DNA from: Octopus vulgaris
Taxonomy: Eukaryota
Length of the DNA: 64,000 bases
NCBI GenBank assembly: GCA_951406725.2
Contig: OX597814.1
Span: 207,266,001-207,330,000, forward strand
Reading direction: 5' to 3'
Shown: positions 1 to 14,126 of the stretch, piece after piece
Layout: each line of letters opens with the position of its first letter
Position numbering within the stretch: the first letter of the stretch is position 1
Made by a program: the position numbers and the translations under genes
The notes under the pieces: generated by a model
What the model saw: the letters and a program-made list of their open reading frames with translations, nothing else
Database searches by the model: none
Told to the model about the DNA's origin: nothing

Positions 1-1195
1 GGTAGCACATAAAAGGCACCTTTCAAACATAGGGCCTCACAGATGCAATAAGTGACCAAGACCTTTGGTGATATGCCATGTTTAACTCATCAAGCCAAGT
101 GAAAGCATAGCATAATTGCTTTTTCCTTGTTTTTGTATTATGCTGCATATAATTTTCTTTAGATAGTTACAGACTTCAGCTATTCCAAGATGCTGTATAC
201 ATCTTCTAGGGCCATTGTCTTCCTCATTTTCATATTTGGCTGTGTGATAAGTTTGCTTCCCAACCACATGGTTCTGGGTTCAGTCCCATTGCATGGAACC
301 TTGGGCAAATGACTTCTGCTATAGTAGCTGCAAGCCAACCAAAACTTTGTGAGTGAATTTGGTAGACGGAAACTGAAAAAAAGCCTATTATGCATGTGTG
401 CTTGACAACAACCAGTGTTGGTTTGTTTACAACCCCCCATTACTTAGTGGTTCAGCAAAAAGAGACCGACAGAATGAGTACTAAGCTTAAAAAAAAAAAG
501 TAGTAGTGCAGTTGATACATAATCTCTTACTTTATATATCTAGTCAGCATTTCAAAGATTGATTTGTCTGAAAATCCTTTTTCTTAAATGAAGCCTTACC
601 ACAATTTCCAAATATATTCCTCTGTTTCCATGTACTTAACTCAAAAACACTATGCCTCATTAACATTTGTGTGATTAGCATTATCTGGTTGTAAAATATC
701 CCTCAAATCAAATTCTATCATCTTCAAAAAGAAAGAATACATTGAATATTGCTGTGCAATATACACAGTCTATAAAAATTAAAAAAAATAGAGAATGGTC
801 ATAGTTGGAATGCTTTTTGATCATTGGTGTGGTTAATCAGTTTGGACAAGAACTTAGTCCCCGGGGAAATGAGATAGATCAAATAAAGTGTACTGTGCAA
901 ATACACAAAGAAATGCCTGCAGAGGAATTGTACTAGCTGGTAGTCTAATACCATATCCATTTAGCAATTTTACTGCTGCATCCATGTTATTTAACTACAA
1001 CAGACAGTATTTATATATTCTGCTGCTAGCTGGATTGGACCAGCAACAGTTAAAAGCTTTGCCTGGATCACCAGACTTTGCTGGTGATGAGACATACAAA
1101 TCCATCGATCTTCTACTGAGTCAACTAAGCCATTATTGATTCAGTTTATTGCAAGTTTTTGTGTTTTTGTCGCTACGTATATGCACAAATATGTA

Positions 1196-1678
1196 CGAGG
1201 GAGTACTGAAAAGTTCCTGGCTTTGGATAAAAGAAAATACAGGAGGATCAGTTAATTATAGCACCATCCAATCGTGGCCGTTGCCAGCCTCACCTGGCCC
1301 CCCCCGTGCTGGTGGAACGTAAAAAGCACCATCCGATTGTGGCCGTTTGCCAGCCTCGTGTGGCACGTAAAAAGCACCCACTACACTCACTGAGTGGTTG
1401 GCGTTAGGAAGGGCATCCAGCCATAGAAACATTGCCAGATCTGACTGGGCCTGGTGCAGCCTTCTGGCTTCCCAGACCCCAGTTGAACCGTCCAACCCAT
1501 GCTAGCATGGAAAGCGGATGCTAAACGATGATGATGATGATATTCCCCTCTTGGATTCACACACTTATTGCACCAGTCCTTCAGTTCTTCTAAACCCTGT
1601 AAAAGAACTTAGAAGGTTGGGCCTCCAACCAGGCTTTCATGGTACCCTTAAAGTCAGGAATTTTTCAGCACCCCCTTG
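1196..1678. mobile_element. Mariner-type non-autonomous element with a SINE inserted at about 1261-1541
   Basis: TA flanks. Left end CGAGGGAGTACTGAAAAGTTCCTGGCTTT matches the reverse complement of the right end, CAAGGGGGTGCTGAAAAATTCCTGACTTT. Confidence 0.75.
1261..1541 (+). mobile_element. SINE family 3 (Meta-domain-like core, (GAT)n tail), 5'-truncated
   Basis: Core GTTGGCGTTAGGAAGGGCATCCAGC and tail CCAACCCATGCTAGCATGGAAA..GATGATGAT are shared with many copies in the window. Confidence 0.8.
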
Positions 1679-4600
1679 TATATAACTCACATGTACCCTA
1701 AATTCCAAGTGATAAGTTGGCTGAATATGCAGTGCCATTGCTTTTTAGTATCTCTGGTATTGAAATGAATACCACTAGAAGTATTGAGGGCCAATTTTAA
1801 AATTACCTGTAATATACTTAGGTAGATTCCATCAGCAGTGTTTTCTCTCCATTTATAATCAGGAATGATTCTGCTACTCTTGATTTGTGTGCACATGTTG
1901 ATTTCTTACTTAGACTCAACAGTTTATGACTTATAGGTAAGCGTCAGCTGCAATATTGTGACATTCATGCTTTGTCTCAAAGCATTAGCTCTTTACAGGC
2001 ATTTCTAGCAAGTCAAGCAAATATTTGGAGGATCCAAAACAAGACAAACTACCCTAGTTTTTTAAAATAAAAATGGATGTGAAGTAAGAAGTTTATTCTC
2101 AACCACATGGTTCTAGGTTCCATCCCGTTGCATCGCGACTTGGTTCAGTGTCTTCTGCTATAACTCCAGGTCAACCACAATATTTTGTGAGTGGATTTGA
2201 TACATGGAACCTAAAAGAAACCCATCATATGTATACATTTGTGTGAGTTTCTGTATTCATTCCCCGTCACTACTTCACAGCCAGTTGCTGGTTTGTTTAC
2301 ATCCCCATAACTTAACAGTCTCGGCTAAAGAGACATAGAGTAAGTACCAAACTTAAAAAGTAAGTACTGAGGGTCATTTGTTCAATTAAAACCCCCAAGG
2401 CAGTGCCCTAGTATGGCCACAATCCAATGACTGAAACCAGTAAAAGCTAGACAATGTAGACTTTAATATATGTGATGTGGTGGGGGAGATCATAGTCATG
2501 CATGCCTTTGATCCCAGCTTTCCTTACTCAGGGATGCCAACAATTCTTGGAGTTCTCACTTAACTTGTGACTACATATATTGATATTTGCTGGTTATTTG
2601 ACCTATTGTATGCTGCACTTGATAGTATTTTCTTATGTTGATGTTTTGAGTAATTCACAAGATTACCATTCAAGTCTTTATCTACGAAACACTGGTATCA
2701 AAGGGTATAATGTAATCTTGCACGCATGAGGAAAATAGGTGACTTATCAAATATTCAAAGGTCAGAATGTGCAATTATCGAGACATTCAAGCTTTCAAAG
2801 AGTTTCAGTTGATAATATATGTGCAAGCATAAGAGACTGAATTGTTGTTTACTTCCATGTCAGCTTTATTCAAAGAAATATGTTGCATCTAAGCCTACAT
2901 TATCCTATATATCTTTCCTTTTCTTTATTTCTCTCTTTTTTTTCCCGACCTGGTAGTGAGATTTTATTGCTATTTCTAGCAGTTTAGTGACCACCAAAAT
3001 AAGTGCTGCACAAATATTTTAAACTCGCTACTTCTAGCAACACTGTCTCAATGTTCCTTTGCTATGTCCTTCACCCATCTAATGTCCTGTCAGGGTACCA
3101 ATTGAGTTCCGACACTAGTTTAATGCTGTGATTCACTCAAAATTGCTACAGTCAAACTATTGAGACGGTTCAAGTTGAGGTTAATGAAAATGCATCATCA
3201 TGAATATATTAATAAACAAGCAAACATAAATCCAAAAGTAAAATTTTGGTCAATTTGTAATTTTAGTTTCTTGTAAAGTGTGTGTGTGTTTCAAAATGCA
3301 CTAATTTACATAATAATTCTAACTGAATTTTTTCTGCCCACTGTGGTCTCCTCACACGAAGCAAAGCATTATGAAAGTGAAAGCACTTCAGAGGTCAATA
3401 ACAATAAAGATAGACAACATGACAGGTATTGACTACTGGAGTTGACTATAAAAAAAAACTCGATCTCTCTCTCTAATGCTGCCGTGAGTGCTACATCATT
3501 TGTGTGATGTGGGAAATATTCCATCAATATTGCACAAATGATGTTGGCATTAATTTTAAAATCCACCCAAGACTCCACCCCATGCCATCTGCCCAAGACT
3601 TAGCCCCTGTGCTATTTGCCCGCTATAGAAATCGAACTCAAAACGCATAACAGCATTACAACACAACTACTTTACCTCAGCTGGTCCAGTTCTCTTTAGT
3701 ATTATACCAAAATACAGCAAAACGGAAACATATACCCATAAAATTCAGAAATTTTCTGGATAAATTTCTCCAAAAAATCCTGGACCAACCTCCTACACCT
3801 GTATGTGTCTCCAGCATTAATAACTCTTTGCTAGAGCAGGCCATGGTGTCCCACATATGACTGAGGTGTGAATCACAATCTAAAAGGCTTCACCAGGTGT
3901 TGCTATTAAGTTATACATGGCTTGGGCCTATACTGGCCAAAACCTAAGTTGTCCAAGTTAACTTGTTCTAGTGTCTATAACAGTACTTTAAGGTATACAA
4001 TATTTTTAGTTCAAGGTTTTTTTTCTGTTTTGAGCTAAACAAATTTCAGAAGTTAATTGTTGATTATCATCATCTTGAAAAGAGGTGCTCCTATGCAAAA
4101 TACTAGTTGTCTTGATATAAAGCTGTAGTCTACAACTTATTTTTGTTTTTGTATACTAAGAGGTCCATCCTTCTTAAGATGATAGGGTATGAGTTGATTG
4201 ATAGATTTGACTGCTGTTTCTAACAAATTGGAAACTGCATAGAGGCTCATTACCTGGCTCATTTTAAAGTGCATCAGATAAATGGTTTAACTGTTAATTT
4301 TAGTACATGTTAAGTATGAGTTTTAGTAATTGCTCCTTTTTAGTCTCCCATTGCTTAGAATATTAATCCACAGTTTAGTTATTGGTGGGCAGGAAAGGAA
4401 ATACTTTCTGTAAGTGGCATTTACCTAATGTCATGAGAGATAATTACAGATATTTTAGGTCATTTGGATTTCTCATGTGCAAGTGAATTGGTGGAATTAG
4501 TAGAAACTGTAAACACTTTAGCAAATTAAATGTTATTATGTTATATCTTTGTTGTTCGTTTAAAAAAATCTTACAGTTGACTTTTACCATTTTATCCTAC

Positions 4601-5489
4601 TGAAATCGACCCCAATAAGTACTGGGCATAATTCAGTCAAGTCTAAGTTGGTTGGTGCCAGCTCACTCTGACTGTACAGGAATTCAAAAGTGTCCAAGCC
4701 ATGACCACCTCATCTTAGTTCTTTGGGATAATGTATCTAAGACTACTTGATTTGTCTTGTACTCCTCTTTTCTTTTTTTTTTTTAATGGTTGTGTATGAT
4801 TTAAAGAAAATTTGGCTGCTATTTTTAGCAAACCAAGTGAAATCCTTTCACTATATAAACTGTCCTTGTGCATAATCAGAGGCAATTTGCATTTTACAAC
4901 AATTTTGGCTTAAATTATTTGATTAAGACCAACTGGAAAATTTTGCCTAGTACTCTGTTTTGTTTCTTTTTTATGCTAGCATGGGTCAGATGGACCATCA
5001 TCGTCCAACATACATAGACTTATTATCCTCTTAGACAGATTAGAGGCCACATCTTGAAATGTTCATACGTTTTAGTATTTTGATATTACTTCTGTCACTT
5101 TGTGTTCATCATCAAAAATCTATTTTCCATGCTGAGACAGAATCCAACAATCTGAAGACTGCATTGTGTCTACTTTAGCATACTTTCTGAGCTACGTGCA
5201 TTTTTCTGCGGTACTAGCACTATTGAAGTTGCTATGCTTGCAAGACTAAGATTCTCCTTGCATTGAACTACAGTGGAGAGAGGGGTTGCTTTATGCTCTG
5301 GGATGAGGGGTAAAGTGAGAGAGAAGAATCCAGAACATGATAGGTTTCTTGCTGTAGAGGAACACAGCCATTCACATTATAGAAGAGATGGTGTGAGCAA
5401 GGCCATTTCCCTAAATATACCAGTGTTCTATCTTTTCTACTTATCAAAATGTTAGTCTTTGCTAAATTTACCTTGTGGCCTCTTACTTG

Positions 5490-5700
5490 TAAGCTTAGCT
5501 TCCAAGTCTGGAATTTCCTCTAATTACCATTTAGGTTCATTTATGAGATCTAGATCATTAGCATATAGGAGTTCCATGGACAGCCACTCTTAAACTTCTC
5601 CATGATGGCCTATAGAGACTTTGATGAATAAGAGAAGAGTGAGAACTGAACTTTGCTATCTTCTCATCAAATTCATTACTGAAATCATTGTTGACTCAGA
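5490..5700 (-). mobile_element. Degraded RTE-type LINE reverse transcriptase fragment
   Basis: The minus strand reads about SVL.LLLFI...FKSGCP.ELLYANDL (YADD region) with frameshifts. Confidence 0.6.
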
Positions 5701-6571
5701 TTATGAGTTCAAGTTCCACCATTGTCACTTTTGCTATTCGTCTTTTGTGGTCAATTAAATAAGATACCAGTCATGTACTGGGATCTATGTAACCAATTAA
5801 ACCCCTTCTCTCCCCGTTCTCCAAATTCCTGGCTTTGTGTCTGTTAAAAATTGTTTTACTCAGTTTGAGCAGAAATGCTGGTAACTGGAATAAATGTTAC
5901 AAGATTTAATTACGTTTCTTCGCATTCCAAGAAGAAATGAGGTCAATAAAAAACAAAAAAAGTCAGTGCTTGTTATATACTAAAGTTAATTGACTCAATT
6001 ATACTCCCTCTCCTGAACTTCCTGCAAATTTGTGATTTCATACAAACCTATATGGGAATCACTATCACCTAGTGAGAATGTTGGTTGATTATATTAAGTT
6101 GAGGCACCTCCTGTTTGTTTAGGTGTTTAACACATGCTGCAGTTATCTTCTGATGCCTTACAGCTGTTGGTAACCATGGTTACTAGCAAAATCTAATTAA
6201 TGTAGGGTATCACAAGTGTTATAATTCATCACTAGGTAGTAGCTGTGCTGCAGTTTGTTGGCTTGAGTTCAGTTCCTACTGAAGTCGTATGTTGATTAAA
6301 ATAAAATAAAAAAGTTAAGTCTTTTAATCTGCAGTTTGATATTTATTGTATTTTGTTTCCTGTTCAGTTAAAACTACTTTTAAACCGCCCAATGCACATT
6401 GTTTTGTACCTGCTAACAAAGCTACATCACTAATGTCTGAGCTTAGTCTATCAGGCTCTCTGCAGGTTCCACCTTCATGAGTGAGTGGTAGCAATAGAAA
6501 GTGCATCTGGTTGTATGCTAAAAATGTCTGTAAATAATCTCTACCCTTACCATTTACAGCAAATCTATGTA

Positions 6572-7395
6572 ATCATCATCATCATCATTTAGCATCCGCT
6601 TTCCATGCTAGCATGGGTTGGACTGTTCAACTGGGGTCTGGAAAGCCAGAAGGCTGCACCAGGCCCAGTCTGATCTGGCAATGTTTCTACGGCTGGATGC
6701 CCTTACTAATGCCAACCACTCCGTGAGTGTAGTGGGTGCTTTTTACATGCCACCGGCACAGGTGCCAGACGGGGCTGGCAAACGGCCACGGTCGGATGGT
6801 GCTTTTTACGTGCCACCAGCATGGTGGCCAGGCGAGGCTGGCAACGGCCACAATCGGATGGTGCTTTTTACGTGCCACTGGCACGGAGGCCAGTCGAGGC
6901 GGTGCTGGCAACGGCCACAATCGGATGGTTCGCTTACGTGCCACCAGCACTGGTATCATCATCATCATCATCATCATCGTTTAGCGTCCGTTTTCCATGC
7001 TAGCATGGGTTGGACGGTTCTACTGGGGTCTGTGAAGCCAGAAGGCTTCATCAGACCCAGTCAAATCTGGCAGTGTTTCTACGGCTGGATGCCCTTCCTA
7101 ACGCCAACCACTCCGTGAGTGTAGTGGGTGCTTTTTACGTGCCACCCGCACTGGTGCCAGACAGAGCTGGCAAACGGCCACGAATGGATGGTGCTTTTTA
7201 TGTGCCACCGGCACGAGGGCCAGGCGAGGCTGGCAACGGGCGCGAAACGGAAAGTTCTCTTACATGCCACCGGCACTGGTAACACATCTGCAATTTCCAT
7301 TGATCGATTTCCATTGATCGATTTCGATTCTGATCGTATCACAGCTGCAATTTCCATTGATGTTGATCGATTTCGATTTTGGTTCAGATTTCGAT
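6572..7395 (-). mobile_element. Two head-to-tail SINE family 3 copies (about 6572-6954 and 6955-7395)
   Basis: Two (CAT)n tails, each followed by the same core and internal GGTGCTTTTTACGTGCCACC repeats. Confidence 0.85.
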
Positions 7396-7832
7396 GTAAT
7401 GAAGTACAAAATATATAAAAGATTTGTCTTAGTATACTAAGTTGATGCATTACCTTTTGTGATTAGTTATGTACAATAGGTGAGCTTCTCTGTTTCATGG
7501 AGCAAGAATAAAGTTTGATGTTCATACTCCTTTCTAGCTGGTAGTTATAACCAGCAATCAACCTGAGTTTTGAATTCTCTTATCTGCTTTTGAATGTTGG
7601 TTATACTAGAAATGGTAACACACTGAGTAAATTTTTTTGTGGAATTTAGTTCTATCATTTGGAGTTATCATTATCTTTTATCCATTTGTGGATGATGAAT
7701 TGGCATAAAACTGGGGTCAGTGCAGTTACCTTTCACCCTTCCCTCTACATTTGTGGTGGCCCTCAGATTATGCTAAGACAAATAAACCCAGTAATAATTT
7801 CTATCTCTTACATTCTATTTCTTTTTTTACAG

Positions 7833-7908
7833 GATGCTTTCACAGTCAACCATCGTACATCCGAGGAGGGAGAGCTTTTGTTTGGCCTGGAATTCAGAAA
7901 ATACAGAG
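7833..7908 (+). CDS. FLOT1: Flotillin-1 coding exon A (76 nt, phase 1 to 2): (G)CFHSQPSYIRGGRAFVWPGIQKIQ(R)
   Basis: Acceptor ttttttacAG, donor GTcagt. The peptide matches the flotillin-1 N-terminal motif GGR.FV.P.IQ.IQR. Confidence 0.93.
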
Positions 7909-7960
7909 GTCAGTATCAATCTATCAATTATTTTTGTTAAACAAGCAGAATATATTTTAA

Positions 7961-8125
7961 CCCTTTTTGGTACCAATGCATTTGAGACCAATTTTAAATT
8001 AAAACCATTACTTAAAACCATTAAATTAAAACCATCACTTAAATCCTTCCAAATTCTTGATTATTTTCAAAATTAATTAAGACTCATAGCCATTGTATTT
8101 CGTTAGAAATAGTGCCATCAAAGGG
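7961..8125. mobile_element. piggyBac-type MITE
   Basis: TTAA-CCCTTT ... AAAGGG-TTAA ends. Confidence 0.6.
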
Positions 8126-8651
8126 TTAACTTTTTTACTTTATATCTTTTATTATAATATTTATCAATTTAAACATTAGCTTTAATCTTAGATAAAATAT
8201 AATTTTCTCCTTACTGTCTACCTCAAGGTAGATCAACCTGAGGTCTTTTCTTTAATCTTTTTTTTTACCATAGTCTTAGTTACTTAGTATGATTTTTCCC
8301 TGATTGGTTTAGAGGAGTAAGGGGTAAAAAAGAAGAAATTACTGGTTCCGTGTTTGTGTTATTTTTAGTTTATTGCTCTTGTCTATAAAAATAAAATTTG
8401 TTTTACATTAGTATAAGATGCATGATTAAAAACTACAACAGTATTCAACACCACAACTTTGAGAAAATACATCAGAGGAGTGTTCTGCATAATAGACATT
8501 GCAGGTTCCCACATATGTAATATCGTGAGTTGAAAAACTTCAGTCAGTTGAGACTATCCATACAATTAGTAGACAAAAACTCTATGGTTGTTTAAAATCT
8601 AAAAATAACAAATAAACCATGACAAACTGGAATAGCTTTGATTTTTTTTAA

Positions 8652-8870
8652 CCCTTTAGTGTTTAAACCGGCCATATCTGGCCCAAATATTCTACGTTTT
8701 ATATTTGAACTAGCCATATCCAGCCTCTCACACCTAACCTACAATGTCATTCTAAAAATAAACAATCACATCATTGAAACCTCAAAGCTATAAGATAATG
8801 CATGAGTAATTCAAAACAATTTGAGTAGGAAAAGTATTACATTTAACAGAGTAATCTGAACATTAAAGGG
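8652..8870. mobile_element. piggyBac-type MITE subfamily A (also 26224-26435, about 33908-34124, 51026-51246, 51487-51706, 55890-56110)
   Basis: TTAA target site, CCCTTTAG...CTAAAGGG-like terminal inverted repeats, about 220 bp, shared internal sequence TTTAAACCGGCCATATC. Confidence 0.85.
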
Positions 8871-9002
8871 TTAAAGCCATCTGGTGAAAGTAATGTGTTT
8901 TGGTATGGTTTTCAATAACAAATCTGATAATGTTAAGTATCATCAGTTGAGGGTTAAAGATCAGATCCACTCTAGTTTTCATTATCTATATTGTCCAATG
9001 TC

Positions 9003-9231
9003 AAGTTGGCGAGCTGGCAGAAACGTTAGCGCGTCAGGCGAAATGCTTAGTGGTATTTCGTCTGTCGTTACGTTCTGAGTTCAAATTCCGCAGAAGTCGA
9101 CTTTGCCTTTCATCCTTTCGGGGTCGATAAAGTACCAGTTTCGCACTAGAGTTGATGTAATTGACTTAATCCCTTTGTCTGTCTTTGTTTGTCCCCTTTA
9201 TGTTTAGCCCCTTGTGGGTAGTAAAGAAATA
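9003..9231 (+). mobile_element. SINE family 2 (tRNA-like head, Nin/Deu-like core); also 10812-11042 and 15891-16121 on +, decayed copies near 33135-33525 and 38320-38520 on -
   Basis: Repeated GGCGAGCTGGCAGAAACGTTAGC ... GTTCAAATTCCG ... GCCTTTCATCCTTTCGGGGTCGATAAA ... AGTACCAG. Confidence 0.8.
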
Positions 9232-9269
9232 TATATTGTCCAACCTCACTGTCTTCAATTCAGTTTATG

Positions 9270-9703
9270 TGCCTCTCCACCTATAGTCATGAATGTTGGG
9301 TACAATCATGAATACATGCAGCTAAAAATGAGGTTCCTCCAAAGGATCTCTGGAATAGTGTTGTTCAACAAGGGTGCATAGCTCAGGGAGCAGGGAGTCT
9401 CTGCAGGTGAAGCCACTACTTTTCCCCATTGTTAAGTCACAGCTCCTGTACTACAAACATGTGATTAGAATATTGCAGGAAACAATTGCAAGATGGATTC
9501 TTCAAGCTGATCCAGCCAGCAAGAGCCCTAGAGGCAGACCAGAATAAGACAATTAAACACTATCCATAGTCTGTTATTCACGCTTAGGGATCTAACTGAA
9601 AAGTGTAATAACTTCTAATAGGACCCTATGGAGGAAATGCCTAAGGACTCTACTCTCTCAACCCTTCCAGGAATAATGGGTAGAGAAAATGGATGGATGG
9701 ATG
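9270..9703 (+). mobile_element. Degraded RTE LINE 3' fragment with (TGGA)n tail
   Basis: Remnant MRFL.RISG and HVIR...KSPRGRP peptide motifs, followed by a GGATGGATGGATG tail. Confidence 0.55.
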
Positions 9704-12700
9704 ATCTTACTGCAGTCATCTCCCTTGCTTGTTTTTACTTTTTAAACACCTCTAGAGGGAGTTTTTGTCTAATTGCTTGTATAGTCTGTCAATGTTTTTC
9801 AGCTCACTACATTTACAGTATTCAACTTGTTCATAACATAATTACTAGATTGCATTTCTCTTGATCTTTTGTTATTTTTAGTGTTAAGTAAAGCCATAGA
9901 TGTCCAAGACACAAAAGCACCAGACTAAATGCATTATAGTATTTTGTTTCTTCCCTTCCTTTTCTGAGTTCAAATGCCATTCATGTCTGCTTTCTTTCAT
10001 CACCCTCTTGTTTTAAGAAAATAAGCACCATTTAAATCTACAAGAATCAATTTGATAGATTATCTCATCGCTTTGCTCTCCTCTTTTAGACAAATTGACC
10101 TTGTATCATTCAAAAAAAAAAAAAACAATGAAAAATAATTAGTATTATTTAATTTGAAGACAGTGATGTAGCAGAATCACTGGAGCACTGAAGTAAAAGC
10201 TTTTTTTGTATTTAGTTTCATTCCTCTATATATGTTAAAAATCTTGCTTCTGTCATCTTTGTCTACTGTTATACACCACCATCATCATCATCATCATCAA
10301 CATTTAACATTCACTTTCCATGCTGACATGGGTTGGATGGATTGACAAAAAGTGGCAAGGCCAAAGGCCACACTAGGGTCTATATAGTCTGTCGTGGCTG
10401 GTTTCCATGGCTGGGTATTCTTCCAACCACTCCACAGAGCGTACTAAGTGTTTCTATAAAGTATCAGTAGCAGCCTGTCTCTTATATGAGAAAGATATCA
10501 TTAGTACTATTCAAAACCCAGTTAAAATAATTTAATGTCTTAAAGAAGGCAGTGGATGTCAAAATCAGTCGAACACAAGAAGTTTAGGAGCGGTTTATGT
10601 ACCTCTGCATTTTGAGTTCAAACACCACTGAGGTTTGCTTTACCATTCATTCTTCAATGGAGTTGATAAACTGTTCAACGACCATAACCATCTCATTTTT
10701 CTATTGGGAAAAGGTTATCAACTGTGCCTTTTTCTAAGACAGTGGGTGTAATTTGAGGGTGATTTGGCTGTTCCTAGCAGGTGGTTTGATCTTAACTATA
10801 ACCTCCACTTCAGGCGGCGAGCTGGCAGAAACGTTAGCGCTCTGGACGAAATGCTTAGCAGTATTTCGTCTGTCGTTACGTTCTGTGTTCAAATTCCGCC
10901 GGGGTCGACTTTGCCTTTCATCCTTTCGGGGTCGATAAATTAAGTACCAGTTACGCACTGGGGTCCATGTAATCGACTTAATACCTATGTCTGTCCTTGT
11001 TTGTCCCCTCTATGTTTAGCCCCTTGTGGGCAATAAAGAAATATATAACCTCCACTTCGAAATTTGCAACCTTCCTTTTGATTGGTGGAAAAAAAAAGGT
11101 AAAACAGCAGATATTGTAAGATTGGATAAAAGATGGTTTGATGGTCTTTGTTTTATAGGCCTACTGGGTCAGGAGATGGGTGATATGGCACTGAACAAAA
11201 ACAAAGAAAATATTTGAAGAAAAATGTAAGCAGTAGGTGGTAGAATGTTATATATGCTTGTTAGCCACTTGATATCTTTCAACCTTTCTGCTTTTGTAGG
11301 AGTGACAACTTAGGTATGTAAAGACTTTGAATAGTAAAAGATTGTTAGGGCCAAGTGGAGTGGTTGGGGTCAGTGACTGGATGACCTGGGTTGCTGGTTG
11401 TTTGTTGAAGCCATTGTTGTGGTTGGAGTAAATTATAAACAGATTAGATCTAGGAAGAAACTTGAATTGAGGCAATTATTATTTTAATGTAAATATCATA
11501 TAACCTAAAAATAAACATAGAAATAAGATTACTTGAGATAATTTCATTTGTAATGCTCTGATATCTTTGTTGTTTAGCCCCGGGTTGTCATGATCCAGGA
11601 GATGTATGTTCTAGCCAAGATCACACCACACTTTGTTCTTCACTCTGTGTATCTTTGGTTATATTATCTAATGTGTCCCCTTTTTCTTTTTTCAAAGCAG
11701 TAAAATGTGACTTGAAAGAGTTTTGGCTGCTTTTTCTAATTGGTCAAAGATCCCCATCTTCTCCTCTTTATTAACAGACAGAGATGGTCTGGTGTTGAAA
11801 ACGCTGTTGCCATTGAGTGAAAAGGCTGACTGCAAAAAATAGATTTTATCTTTGTCTTAGAAATTGCAGCTGTTTAATTTGATAAGGTACTTGGCTACAA
11901 GCTGAAGGTTTGAGAATTCATATCCTGTCACCAGTATGACTGCACCAAGTAGATGGCTGAGGTACTTAACTTTCATAGTTATAAATAGCTATTATGAATA
12001 CATTCTGAAGGTGCACTGTAGTATAACTTCATATGCTCACAGTGTTAATTAAATTTTCTATACTTTTAAGGTCTTCTTTTGTAGTTGTTTGTATGTGTGA
12101 GGGAGAGTGAGAGAGAGAAAGGAGTTGGTGCTTAACACTACGTTTTGCTTGGTCCCCTTACCTGTTTTTGTCTGGTACAAATTATAGCTTTGTGATTCAG
12201 GAGTTAGTTTTCGGTTGAGTGATTCTGGATTCACTCCCACTGTATAGCATGTTTGACCAGAGCCTTGTAATTTAGCTTGAATCAACTGAAGCCTTGAGTG
12301 AAATACAGTCAATGGAAAATGCATAGATTATATGTGTTCTTTGCTGTTGGATTTGACCCTTCCTTCAGTTTAAGCCATTATATGCAGAGTCCATTCTGCT
12401 GTAAACAGCCTGATGATGACCTACGAAGCATGGTTTCTTTGTTTCCCACTGTCTTAGAAGTCCTGCAAAATGCTCATTAGTGCTGCTTTTCTTCTCTTGA
12501 CTAATCAATAAAGGGACCCCGTTTCTACTTCGCTATAATATTGATTTTGAATAGTTTTGTGAGCTGAGTCCATGATGGAAACATTCGCACATGACCTTTG
12601 CTCCTTGTTTACCAGTTTTATCGCTACCATGTCAAAACATATTTGAGATGGATAAATCTTTATCTTTAGCCACATTGATTTAATAGAAATTAATCACTTC

Positions 12701-14126
12701 TTTAGAGAGATTTCATTTAAGTCCCCGCTCCATCATTCAGTTATAGTAATATAAATTGTGAAATTCTTTTTTTCCCCCAAAACCTCTGCTTGTCATTTTG
12801 TCAGTCTTCTTGGTAGTAATTGTCAATAAATATAGAAAAATAACCTACGACTTAAGAAAAAAATTTTGTTCAGTAAACCTTCCTCTCTCTCTCTCTCTCT
12901 CTCTCTGTCTTCCTTGCACTTTCTCTCACGCGCTTTCTCAGTCTCTCTCTTGCTCTCTTTCTCTTTCTTCAGTTGGACACTCAAATATTCTACAACCTCT
13001 TCAAGCACTCAAAGACCTCCTTGCAAACTTAGCTCTCAAGCAGTAATATTTCCTGTCAAGGATTTGTTTATGATATCTCTATTTGCAGGCAAGAGCATTT
13101 AGTACAAGATTCCTCTTCGGGTTTTCACAACTTAGCTTCAATTACTCTTAATTCTGTATTGGGCATTCCGTGAAAAATAATGTCATTGGTTTACTGCTTT
13201 TCCGGTGATAAGAGTGACAAGGGAGTGTCTACATCTTCAGCGCAATAAATACACAGTATTTTTGCTCAAATGCACCTGTTTCCTTGCTCACCAATATACA
13301 TTGCTGAAAGGTGTGTGTGTTTGTGTCCCTCAGTATACATGTGTGTCTGTGTGTTTAGAGATACAGGCATGGCTTGGTGGCTTCATAATCTCATGGTTTT
13401 GAGCTTAGTCTCTTTCCATGGCACCTTGGGCAAATGTCTTCTATGATAGCCCTAGGCTGACCAATGTGTTATGAGTGAATTTGGTAAACCATAATTGTGT
13501 CGTAGCCCATATATGTGTGTGTCCTTGTATTTATCTCTCATTGCCTAACAACGGTGCTGGTTTGTTTATGTCCTTTTGACTTAGTGATTTAGCAATGAGT
13601 GACCAATAGAATAAATATCAAACTTGAAAAATAAAAAAAAAAATTTTTCAAAAAATAGCACAATTAAACCCTCCAAGTTGATGCTTCAGAATGGCTGCAG
13701 TTCACTGACTGAAATAAGTAAAACAATAAAAGAATATATAATCAGCGTCTGCCTACATTATGTTGACCTCATCTCACTTACTAGGTATTGGTCCGCCTAA
13801 GGCTAAGGTAGAAATCGTCATCTACTTCACCAAGTTGTTGCAAATAGATAGTGTGGCTTGCATAGTTATAATATAAACATTACCTGCAATAAATTATCTT
13901 CTCCAGGGAGAGATCTTCTTATCTGCATAGCTGAGCATTGGGCTTAAAGTGGTATTTACCTTTCGCTTATATATTCTTTATTCCATCATTAGGCAACATA
14001 CATACAATATCTGTAGCCCAAGAAGTAGATTGAGTTGTGCTTAATTGGTTAATTATAAAACACTTTGTCAGATTTTTCTTGCAACTCCTTATATGCTTCT
14101 TAATTTACTTGTCAGGTCTTTATTAA

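Noticed and set aside
6170-6183. Palindrome GTAACCATGGTTAC next to a CAGCTG E-box
   Set aside because: A single short motif with an imperfect X-box match is not enough to call a regulatory element.
6618-7450. Recurrent MDGSTGV.. and MLFTCH.. ORFs (also at 1256, 14961, 60747)
   Set aside because: These are chance frames through the GC-rich SINE family 3. Frames and stops differ between copies.
1-7832. First coding exon of flotillin-1 (expected M..TCGPNEA.VVS)
   Set aside because: I found no matching sequence by eye. It probably lies upstream of the window, though a diverged short exon could have been missed.
7885-7893. Gly at the position of the palmitoylated Cys34 of mammalian flotillin-1
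   Set aside because: As I recall, other invertebrate flotillin-1 proteins also lack this Cys, so it is not unusual.
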